20,125 bases of DNA from Candidatus Methylomirabilia bacterium (GTDB taxonomy: Bacteria > Methylomirabilota > Methylomirabilia > Rokubacteriales > CSP1-6), in the NCBI GenBank assembly GCA_041496385.1, contig JBGQEL010000078.1, positions 1 through 20,125 of the forward strand. The letters run 5' to 3'. Of this stretch, positions 8,860-16,776 are shown piece after piece (within the stretch, counting starts at the first letter, position 1; each line of letters begins with the position of its first letter). The notes beneath the pieces were generated by a model. That model was not told the DNA's origin and ran no database searches. It saw nothing but the letters and a program-made list of their open reading frames with translations. The position numbers and the translations under genes were made by a program.

Positions 8860-9956
8860 AGGTCATGACGGTGCTGGGAACGCGCCCGGAGATCATCCGG
8901 CTGAGCCTGATCATCGACAAGCTCGACCGCGCGACCGAGCACACGCTCGTGCACACCGGCCAGAACTACGCGCCCGAGCTGGATTCGATCTTCTTCTCGC
9001 GCCTGGGTATCCGGGCCCCCGACCGCCACCTCGACGTGCGGGCGGAGACGCCGTTCGGCCAGGTCGCGAAGATCCTCGCCGGGGTGGAGGCCGAGATCCT
9101 CCGCGTGCGCCCGGACGCCTGCCTGATCCTCGGCGACACCAACAGCGGGCTCTCGGCCGTGGTCGCCGAGCGTCTCGGCGTGCCGGTGTTCCACATGGAG
9201 GCGGGCAATCGGTGTTTCGACCGGCGCGTGCCCGAGGAGCGTAACCGCAAGATCATCGATCACGTGAGCACGTGGCTCCTGCCGTACGTCGAGAACAGCC
9301 GGCTGAATCTACGCCGCGAGGGAATCAGCAAGGAAGCGATCTTCGTGAGCGGGAACCCGATCTTCGAGGTGCTGCAGCACTTCGGCCACGCGATCGATGC
9401 CAGCGACGCCCTCGAGCGCCTCGACGTCCAGGAGCGCAAATTCTTCCTCGTCACGGCTCACCGCGAGGAGAACGTCGACGTGCCCGCGCGTCTCGCGGGC
9501 ATCGTGACCGCGCTGAACCGGGTGGCCGAGCGCTACGGGTATCCCGTGGTCTGGAGCGTCCACCCGCGGACCCGCTCGCGGCTGACATCGCTCGGCCTCG
9601 CGCTGCATCCGGCGGTGCGCTGCTGCGTCCCCTTCGACCTCTTCGATTTCGTGCGGCTCGAGAAGGCGGCGTTCTGCGTGCTGACCGACAGCGGCACGGT
9701 CCAGGAGGAGTGCTGCATCTTCCACGTCTCGGCGGTGACGATGCGCGACACCACCGAGCGGCCCGAGACCGTCGAATGCGGCAGCAACGTGCTCGCGGGC
9801 TGCGACGTCGATCGCATTCTCGCCGCCGTCGACGCGGTGACGCAGCGCCCGTTCGACTGGACGGTGCCGCGCGAGTACCTCGATCCCCACGTCTCGGAGA
9901 AGGTGGTGCGATTCGTGCTCGGGAACACCGGCCGGACGCCACCGGGGTCGGCGTGA
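8856..9956 (+). CDS. fnlC: Non-hydrolysing UDP-HexNAc 2-epimerase (WecB family, FnlC/WbjD/CapG-like)
   Basis: Start is GTG at 8856 (GTGA overlap); 366 aa. 'KVMTVLGTRPEIIRLS', 'VHTGQNY', 'LGDTNS', 'HMEAGNRCFDRRVPEERNR', 'TAHREENVD', 'TDSGTVQEE', 'TERPE'. This signature is closer to FnlC/WbjD than to enteric WecB. Confidence 0.85.
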   Translation: MKVMTVLGTRPEIIRLSLIIDKLDRATEHTLVHTGQNYAPELDSIFFSRLGIRAPDRHLDVRAETPFGQVAKILAGVEAEILRVRPDACLILGDTNSGLSAVVAERLGVPVFHMEAGNRCFDRRVPEERNRKIIDHVSTWLLPYVENSRLNLRREGISKEAIFVSGNPIFEVLQHFGHAIDASDALERLDVQERKFFLVTAHREENVDVPARLAGIVTALNRVAERYGYPVVWSVHPRTRSRLTSLGLALHPAVRCCVPFDLFDFVRLEKAAFCVLTDSGTVQEECCIFHVSAVTMRDTTERPETVECGSNVLAGCDVDRILAAVDAVTQRPFDWTVPREYLDPHVSEKVVRFVLGNTGRTPPGSA

Positions 9957-10936
9957 GCGGTATCGTGCTCGTGACCGGCGCCGCCGGGTTCATCGGGCGC
10001 CGGCTGGTCGAGCACCTGCTGGCCGACGGCGAGCGCGTTCGGGCCCTGGTCCGCGCGTCCGTGCCTTCGTGGGCGGGCGACGCGGAAATCGTCCGGGGTG
10101 ATATCCGCGAGGGGGCCGTTCTCATGGCCGCCGCGGATGGCGTCGAGACTGTCTTCCACCTTGCCGGGCGTGCGCACGCGATCGACGAATCGAGGGGCGA
10201 CGAGCAGGAATACGTCGGGGTGAACGTGGAGGGCACCCGACACGTGCTCGCCGCGGCGCTGGCCCGCGGCGCTCGCGCCGTCGTGTTCCTCAGCAGCGTG
10301 AAGGCGATGGGCGAGGGGGGGCCGGCGTGCCTCGACGAGTCGGCGCCCGCGCGTCCGGTGACGGCGTACGGCCGCTCGAAGCTCGCGGCCGAGGAGTTGA
10401 TCGCCCGGGCCGCCGCCAACGGCCTGCATGCCGTCTCGCTCCGCCTTCCGCTCGTGTATGGTCCGGGTGTGAAGGGCAACCTGCATCGCATGATCGAGGC
10501 GATCGACCGCAGACGCTTCCCGCCGCTGGCCGACGTGGGTAACCGCCGGAGCATGGTGCACGTCGACGACGTCGTCGCGGCGCTGCGGCTGGCGGCCGGC
10601 GCTCCAGTCGCCGCGGGGCATCGCTACATCGTGACGGACGAGCGAGCGTACTCGACGCGCGAGATCTACGAGTCGATGTGCACGGCCCTCGGCCGCCCGG
10701 TGTCCCGGCTCCGCCTGCCGGTCGCACCGCTCGCCCTGCTCGCGCGTGCCGGCGATCTCGTCGGGCGGGCCCGGGGCCGTCGCTTCCCACTCGATTCGGA
10801 CGCGCTCGACAAGCTGATCGGCTCGGCCTGGTACAGCTCGGCGAACATCGCGCGCGAGCTGGGCTATCGCCCGAGATGGACGCTGCCCGAGGCCATGCCC
10901 GCGATGGTCGCGCGGTACAGGAGCGCGGTGGCATGA
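9953..10936 (+). CDS. NAD-dependent SDR epimerase/reductase, WbpK/WbpV/WbjF-like
   Basis: Start is GTG at 9953 (GTGA overlap); 327 aa. 'VTGAAGFIG', 'HLAGRAH', 'LSSVKAMGE', 'YGRSK', 'LPLVYGPGVKGN', 'NRRSMV'. It sits directly before wbpL-wbpM, as in Pseudomonas O-antigen loci. Confidence 0.82.
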   Translation: MSGIVLVTGAAGFIGRRLVEHLLADGERVRALVRASVPSWAGDAEIVRGDIREGAVLMAAADGVETVFHLAGRAHAIDESRGDEQEYVGVNVEGTRHVLAAALARGARAVVFLSSVKAMGEGGPACLDESAPARPVTAYGRSKLAAEELIARAAANGLHAVSLRLPLVYGPGVKGNLHRMIEAIDRRRFPPLADVGNRRSMVHVDDVVAALRLAAGAPVAAGHRYIVTDERAYSTREIYESMCTALGRPVSRLRLPVAPLALLARAGDLVGRARGRRFPLDSDALDKLIGSAWYSSANIARELGYRPRWTLPEAMPAMVARYRSAVA

Positions 10937-12018
10937 GTCCCGCTCTGGCGGTCGTGGCGGGCGGCGTGTTTCTCCTCACGGCGTGGCTCACGCACCGCCT
11001 GGCCACGCCCGGCTCGGTGCTCTACGTCCTCGACCCGCCGAACGAACGCTCGCTCCACTCGTCACCCACGCCGCGCACCGGAGGCCTCGCCATCCTGGCT
11101 GGGATCGTCGCCGGCGTCGGCGCTGGCGTCGTTGGCGCGCCCTTCGGCTTGGCGCTTCCGGGCCTCGACGCTCCCGGCGCGTCGCGGGCCGTGGCCTGGG
11201 TACTCGGGTTGACCCTCTTCGTGGCGGCCGTGTCGCTGCGGGACGACCGCAGCGGGGTGCCGGCCGCAGTGCGGCTCGCTGCCCACGGCGTGGCCGCGGC
11301 GGCCGTCGTGTGGGGCGCCGAGCTGCGCGTGGCGGCCATCGAGGTGCCCGGTCTCGGCGGGCTTGCGCTCGGGTGGCTGAGCATTCCGCTCACGATTCTC
11401 ATACTGATGTGGATGACCAATCTGTACAATTTCATGGATGGGATGGACGGCTTCGCCGGTGGGATGACGGTGCTCGGGTTCGCGTTCCTGAGCGTCCTCG
11501 CGGCGCAGCACGGATCCGTCTCGCTGACGACGCTCGGCCCCTTGGTCGCCTCGGCCGCAACTGGGTTCCTCGTGCACAACCTGCCACCCGCGCGGATCTT
11601 CATGGGTGACGTCGGCAGCACGTCGCTCGGCTTCCTCACGGGCGTGCTCGGGCTCGCCGGCGTGCGCGACGGAGTCTTCGACATCTGGGTGCCCACGCTC
11701 GTCTTCTCGCCATTCGTCGTGGACGCCACCGTCACGCTCGTGCGGCGACTCGGCCGCGGCGAAAAGCCGTGGCGCGCACACCGCTCACACTACTACCAGC
11801 GCTTGGTCATGGCGGGTTGGGGCCACAGGCGGACGATGCTTGCCGAGTACGCCCTGATGCTCGCCTCGGGCCTCGTGGCCCTCGTCTACGCCCAGGCGGC
11901 TCCGGCCGTGTGGCGGGGCAGTCTCCTCGTCGGGTGGGCGATGGTCCTCGCAGGCCTTGCATACGGTGTGGGTCGTTGCGAGGCGCGCGCCCCGGCGCGA
12001 GCGGAGACCGCGGGATGA
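10933..12018 (+). CDS. wbpL: Undecaprenyl-phosphate HexNAc-1-phosphate transferase (MraY/WecA superfamily, WbpL/WbcO-like)
   Basis: Start is ATG at 10933 (ATGA overlap, AGGAG at 10919-10923); 361 aa. 'PNERSLHSSPTPRTGGLAI', 'LRDDR', 'NLYNFMDGMDG', 'IFMGDVGS', 'AHRSHYYQRL', plus multiple hydrophobic segments. Confidence 0.88.
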   Translation: MSPALAVVAGGVFLLTAWLTHRLATPGSVLYVLDPPNERSLHSSPTPRTGGLAILAGIVAGVGAGVVGAPFGLALPGLDAPGASRAVAWVLGLTLFVAAVSLRDDRSGVPAAVRLAAHGVAAAAVVWGAELRVAAIEVPGLGGLALGWLSIPLTILILMWMTNLYNFMDGMDGFAGGMTVLGFAFLSVLAAQHGSVSLTTLGPLVASAATGFLVHNLPPARIFMGDVGSTSLGFLTGVLGLAGVRDGVFDIWVPTLVFSPFVVDATVTLVRRLGRGEKPWRAHRSHYYQRLVMAGWGHRRTMLAEYALMLASGLVALVYAQAAPAVWRGSLLVGWAMVLAGLAYGVGRCEARAPARAETAG

Positions 12019-13862
12019 GGTTCATGTTCCGCCTGCCCTATCGGCGCGCGTTCGTCGTCGTCGTGCATGTGCTGCTCATCGCCGGTTCCAACTACACTGC
12101 GTTCTGGCTTCGCTTCGACGGTGACCTTCCCGCGTGGGCCGCGGACGCCTTCATCCGCATGCTCCCATGGCTCGTGCTCGTCCGCGGGCTGACCTTCGTC
12201 CCGTTCAAACTCTACCAGGGGCTCTGGCGATACACCGGGATCTACGATCTGCGGAACATCATCCTCGCGGTGGTCTCGAGCAGCGCGCTGTTCTACCTGG
12301 GGGTCCGGATCGGCTACGGGTTCTTCGGACTCGCGGGCTACCCACGCTCGGTGATGCTCATCGACACCTGCTTGCTCATCCTGCTGGTCGGGGGCGTGCG
12401 GCTGCCCCGCCGGATCTACCGCGAGCTCGGGCGGCTCGACCGCGAGCGGCGCGTCCTCATCTATGGCGCGGGCGACGCCGGCGAGACGATCGTTCGCGAC
12501 ATGCACAACAATCCATCGTACGAGTACGAGCCGATCGGATTCATCGACGACGACCCGGCGAAACTCGGGAAGCGCATCCACGGGGTCAAGGTGCTGGGCG
12601 GGCGTGATGGCCTCGCCAGGATCGTGGCCGAGCAGGAGCCATCGATCGTGCTGCTCGCGATACCCCACGCCGCGCCCGCGCTGGTCCGCTCGCTGGTCCG
12701 CGACCTGCAATCCTTCAAGGTGCCGATCAAGACGCTTCCGAGCCTGCGCGACGTCCTCGACGGCGACGTCGCGACCGGCCACATCCGCAACCTGTCGATC
12801 GAGGATCTGCTCGAGCGGGCGCCGGTGGGGCTCGATCCGGAGCCCGTCCGTGACCTGGTCGCCGGGCGCCGTGTGATGGTGACGGGGGCGGGTGGGTCCA
12901 TCGGCTCCGAGCTCTCGCGTCAGATCGCCGCCCTGGCGCCCGAAGCGCTCGTGCTCCTGGACCGATACGAAAACGGACTCTACGGGGTCGGGCGGCAGCT
13001 GGCTCGCGCCTCCGGGGCCGTCATGGCGCACGAGGTGATCGCGGACGTCACCGACGGCGCGCGCGTGAGGGCGGTGCTCGCCGAGTATCGCCCCGACATC
13101 ATCTTCCACGCCGCCGCCCACAAGCACGTGCCACTGATGGAGGCGAACCCGTGCGAGGCCGTGAAGAACAACGTGCTCGGCACACGCCTCCTGAGCGAGG
13201 CGGCGGAGCGCGAGGGCGTCTCACGCTTCGTCTTGATCTCGAGCGACAAGGCCGTCAACCCGTCGAGTGTGATGGGCGCGACCAAGCGGGTCGCCGAGCT
13301 GATGATGCAGCGTCACGCGGCTCGAGCCGACTGCGCGTTCGTGGCGGTGCGCTTCGGCAACGTGCTCGGCAGCAGCGGGAGCGTCGTGCCGCTCTTCCTC
13401 GAGCAGATCGCGGCGGGGGGGCCGGTGACGGTGACACATCCGGACGTCGAGCGCTATTTCATGCTGATCCCGGAAGCCGTTCACCTCGTGCTTCATGCCG
13501 CCGCCATCGGTCAGCCGGGAGCCCTGTACGTGCTGGAGATGGGCGAGCCCATTCGGGTGCTGGACCTCGCCCGCAACATGATCCGTCTCTCGGGGTTCGT
13601 GCCGGAGGCGGACATTCCGATCACGTTCATCGGCCTGCGGCCCGGGGAGAAGCTCACCGAGGATCTCACCGGGCCCGACGAGTCGGTGGAGGCGTCATCG
13701 GTGGAGAAGATCCTGCGCGTGCGCACGACGGGTGCGGTCGATGGGACGTGTTTCGATGCCCGTGTCGCCGAGCTCGAGCGCCTGGCGGCAGAGGGCGACG
13801 CGAAGGCCGTCATCGGCAAGCTGGCGGAGATCGCCCCCGCCCTCGGACGGGCCGCCCGATGA
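12015..13862 (+). CDS. wbpM: Membrane-bound UDP-GlcNAc 4,6-dehydratase (WbpM/CapD/PglF family)
   Basis: Start is ATG at 12015 (ATGA overlap, GGAG at 12003-12006); 615 aa. N-terminal hydrophobic segments with 'LYQGLWRY', then 'IYGAGDAG', 'IEDLLER', 'VTGAGGSIGSEL', 'HAAAHKHVPLME', 'SSDKAVNP', 'MGATKR', 'GLRPGEKL'. Confidence 0.92.
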   Translation: MRFMFRLPYRRAFVVVVHVLLIAGSNYTAFWLRFDGDLPAWAADAFIRMLPWLVLVRGLTFVPFKLYQGLWRYTGIYDLRNIILAVVSSSALFYLGVRIGYGFFGLAGYPRSVMLIDTCLLILLVGGVRLPRRIYRELGRLDRERRVLIYGAGDAGETIVRDMHNNPSYEYEPIGFIDDDPAKLGKRIHGVKVLGGRDGLARIVAEQEPSIVLLAIPHAAPALVRSLVRDLQSFKVPIKTLPSLRDVLDGDVATGHIRNLSIEDLLERAPVGLDPEPVRDLVAGRRVMVTGAGGSIGSELSRQIAALAPEALVLLDRYENGLYGVGRQLARASGAVMAHEVIADVTDGARVRAVLAEYRPDIIFHAAAHKHVPLMEANPCEAVKNNVLGTRLLSEAAEREGVSRFVLISSDKAVNPSSVMGATKRVAELMMQRHAARADCAFVAVRFGNVLGSSGSVVPLFLEQIAAGGPVTVTHPDVERYFMLIPEAVHLVLHAAAIGQPGALYVLEMGEPIRVLDLARNMIRLSGFVPEADIPITFIGLRPGEKLTEDLTGPDESVEASSVEKILRVRTTGAVDGTCFDARVAELERLAAEGDAKAVIGKLAEIAPALGRAAR

Positions 13863-15085
13863 CGGCGGCGGCCGCGCGGACACGCGACGACGACGAGATC
13901 AACCTGACGCAGTGGGTCCGCATCGTCGCCTTGTACTGGTGGCTGATCGGAGGCGTGGTCGTCAGCGCGGTCCTGCTGACCTTCATCGTCACGTCCCGTG
14001 CGACAAAGATGTACGAGTCGACCACCACGCTCATCACTCCGAGGGAGTCCACCACCGGGGGCTTCCTCTCGACGATCGCGGCCACCGGGCTCGTCCAGCA
14101 GCTGCCCGGCATCTCGCTGCCGTCGCTCACCCCGAACCGCGACATCATCGTGAGCATCCTCAGGAGCCGGACGGTCGCGGAAGCGGTGGTCAAGAAGTTC
14201 GGGCTCCAGGAACGGTACAACGAGCGACTCCTCGACGACACCATCAAAGCCCTGCGAGGCGTCACCACGGTCACGCTCTCGAAGGAAGGCGTCATCTCGT
14301 TGAAGGTCGAGGACAGGGAGCCCGTGATCGCGGCACAGGTGGCGAACTTTTACGTGGAAGAGCTCAATCGGCTCATCACCGAACTGGGTAGCGGAGACTC
14401 GAGCCGCCAGCGGGTCTTCATCGGCGAGCAGATGAAGCTCGCCAGGAAGAGCCTCGAGGAAGCCGAGGACGGGCTGCGCCGCTTCCAGGAGAAGAACCGC
14501 GCCATCGTCCTGCAGGAGCAGACGCGCGGGGCGCTGGAGGCCGCGGCCCGCCTGAAGGGCGAGATGATCGCGGCCGAGGTGCAGCTCCAGGTGATGCGGA
14601 GCTTCGCGACGGAGAGCAATCCGGAGGTCGTGTCGCTGCGGCGGCGCCTCGACGAGATGAAGCGGCAGCTCTCCCAGATGCAATACGGCGGCGACGGCAT
14701 CGTCGGAGACGGGGCCGGCCCGCGTAGCGGCGGCGCGCGCCAGGACATCTACGTGCCGTTCGCGCGCGTGCCCGAGGTCGGCCTCGAGCTCGCGCGGCGC
14801 ACGCGCGACCTGAAGATCCAGGAGACGCTCGTCACGCTGCTCTCGCAACAGTTCGAGCAGGCCAAGATCGCGGAAGCAAAGGACTTGCCCACGGTGCAGG
14901 TGCTGGACCCCGCGCTGCCGGCCCAGCGCCATTCACGGCCATCGAGGCTGCTGAACATGGCGATCGCCGGAACGCTGAGCCTGATCGCCGGCGTCATTCT
15001 CGCCGTCGTCGCCGACCGGACGGATGGCCCGGGCCGCCGTCGCGCCGGGATGCGACCCGCTGAGCGTGGTGCGCGCGAGGATTAA
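13859..15085 (+). CDS. Polysaccharide co-polymerase / chain-length determinant (Wzz/GumC-like, GNVR-type C-terminus), no kinase domain
   Basis: Start is ATG at 13859 (ATGA overlap); 408 aa. 'DDEINL' then TM1, 'ILRSRTVAEAVV', a long coiled-coil region, and 'VQVLDPALPAQRHSRP' before a Gly-containing TM2. The protein ends shortly after TM2 with no Walker A motif. Confidence 0.85.
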   Translation: MTAAAARTRDDDEINLTQWVRIVALYWWLIGGVVVSAVLLTFIVTSRATKMYESTTTLITPRESTTGGFLSTIAATGLVQQLPGISLPSLTPNRDIIVSILRSRTVAEAVVKKFGLQERYNERLLDDTIKALRGVTTVTLSKEGVISLKVEDREPVIAAQVANFYVEELNRLITELGSGDSSRQRVFIGEQMKLARKSLEEAEDGLRRFQEKNRAIVLQEQTRGALEAAARLKGEMIAAEVQLQVMRSFATESNPEVVSLRRRLDEMKRQLSQMQYGGDGIVGDGAGPRSGGARQDIYVPFARVPEVGLELARRTRDLKIQETLVTLLSQQFEQAKIAEAKDLPTVQVLDPALPAQRHSRPSRLLNMAIAGTLSLIAGVILAVVADRTDGPGRRRAGMRPAERGARED

Positions 15086-15108
15086 AGGTCGGTCCCCCGT
15101 GTCACGGT

Positions 15109-15117
15109 TGCTATAGT
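15109..15117 (+). promoter_or_regulatory. Candidate extended -10 sigma70 promoter (TGcTATAGT)
   Basis: The longest intergenic gap (15086-15125) contains TG-C-TATAGT, a 5/6 match to TATAAT with the TGn extension. There is no good -35 match. It ends 8 nt before the wzi GTG. Confidence 0.55.
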
Positions 15118-15125
15118 TTCCATTC

Positions 15126-16763
15126 GTGGCTCTCACACGTGTCCCTTCTCTTTGGGTTCTCGCGCTGGCCGCCGTCGCGCTGCTCGGGGGTGGGCTGACG
15201 ACACCACTGGCGGTGGCGGCGGACCGTACCAACATCCCCCTGAAGAACTGGGGCGGCTTTTCGATCGTGCGCGATGCCGTGTACGACGATCTCGAGCGGC
15301 TCGTGACCGCCGGCCTCGCCGACCGCACGCTGCTCAGCACGAAGCCGCTGAGCCGGATCGAGGCCGCGCGCATCGTCGCCCGTGCCATCGAGAAGATCCG
15401 CCGGGACGAGGCCGGCGAGTACAACGCGCGACGGGACCTCGAGCCCGTGCTCGACCGGCTCAAGGAGGAGTTTCGGACCGAGGTCGCCTCGCTCGGCCTG
15501 AGGCTGGGCGACGCGCCGGCGGAAGCGCCCGGCGCGGTTTCCTTCACGCCCGTGGATCGCGGGCAGGTCTCCGGCGCCTACGCGAGTCGCGACCCGCGAC
15601 TCCCGAACCAGCAGGGGCTCAAGTTCCACCAGGGGGCCAACGGCGGCTCCACCTTCGAGAGCCGTCTCCAGGTCGGGGACTACCTGACGTTCTATCTCCA
15701 GCCGTGGCTCCACGGAAACGAGGACTTCGCCGCCGCGGGGCTCCAGACCGGCTACGCGAAGCTGACGCTCTTCAACACCGAGCTGCTCGTCGGCCGCGAC
15801 AGCCTCTGGTGGGGGCCGGCGCTGCACGGCTCGCTGATCATGTCGAACAACGCCGCTCCGCTCGATCAGATCCGGCTCGGCGCCGCGGAGCCGTTCCAGC
15901 TTCCGCTGATCGGGCCATGGCTGGGGCCGATGAAGATCCTGGCGTTCCTCGCGGAACTCGAGCCCGACCGCGACTACCGGCGCGCCAAGCTCGCGGGCAT
16001 GCGGGCCACGATCGCGCCCTTCTCGTTCCTGGAGCTGGGGATCAGCCGTGCGGTGATGTTCGATGGCGACGTGAGCCCCCGGCCGGGCATCACGGACTAT
16101 CCAAAGGTGCTCTTCAACCCGTCCGCCGGTGACCAGAAGCCGACCGATCCGCCCCAGGGCAACCGCTTCCGGAACAACAACCTCTTCGCCGTGGATGCCG
16201 ACCTGCGCCTGAAGAACGTGTACAAGTACTTCGTGCCTGCTCACGACGCCCGGCTCTACGGCGAGTTCGGCTGGGACGACACGTGCTGCAACAGCAACTT
16301 CATCCCGAAGCGCTCCGCGCTCTCGGGACTCATCGGCGTCCAGTACCTGGGGCTCTTCGAGCGGGAGGGGCTCGACGCCCGCGTCGAATGGGTCAGGACC
16401 TCGACCGAGTCGTTCACCCACGCCCAGTTCTATCGCGGCTACTGGACGCGAGGCAACGTCATCTCCGACGTCGCCGGCACCGACGGCAGCGACTACTACG
16501 CGCGCGTCACGCAACGCTTCACGCCGAACCTCATGGCCGGCGTCGAGATCGACCGGGCGGTCATCGGGAACACGCAGCTCGGCTTCGCCGGACCGACGGA
16601 GCATCGCATCGGTGGCGCCGTCGATCTTTCCTGGCGTTTCTGGGACAAGTACTCGCTCTTCGCGCAGTATCAGCTCGTGCACGTGGCCAACCGTGACTTC
16701 CGCACCGGCAACGACGGCTACGAGAACCTCTTCCGCGTGGAGCTCACCCGGTCCTTCCGCTGA
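15126..16763 (+). CDS. wzi: Capsule assembly Wzi-family outer-membrane beta-barrel protein
   Basis: Sec-like signal peptide (MALTRVPSLWVLALAAVALLGGGLTTPLAVA). Wzi motifs: 'DDLERL...LSTKPLSRIE', 'GRDSLWWGPALHGSLIMSNNAAP', 'PFSFLELGISRAVMFDG', 'LYGEFGWDD'. C-terminal amphipathic strand 'FRVELTRSFR'. Confidence 0.85.
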   Translation: MALTRVPSLWVLALAAVALLGGGLTTPLAVAADRTNIPLKNWGGFSIVRDAVYDDLERLVTAGLADRTLLSTKPLSRIEAARIVARAIEKIRRDEAGEYNARRDLEPVLDRLKEEFRTEVASLGLRLGDAPAEAPGAVSFTPVDRGQVSGAYASRDPRLPNQQGLKFHQGANGGSTFESRLQVGDYLTFYLQPWLHGNEDFAAAGLQTGYAKLTLFNTELLVGRDSLWWGPALHGSLIMSNNAAPLDQIRLGAAEPFQLPLIGPWLGPMKILAFLAELEPDRDYRRAKLAGMRATIAPFSFLELGISRAVMFDGDVSPRPGITDYPKVLFNPSAGDQKPTDPPQGNRFRNNNLFAVDADLRLKNVYKYFVPAHDARLYGEFGWDDTCCNSNFIPKRSALSGLIGVQYLGLFEREGLDARVEWVRTSTESFTHAQFYRGYWTRGNVISDVAGTDGSDYYARVTQRFTPNLMAGVEIDRAVIGNTQLGFAGPTEHRIGGAVDLSWRFWDKYSLFAQYQLVHVANRDFRTGNDGYENLFRVELTRSFR

Positions 16764-16776
16764 GCCGCCCCTAGCC

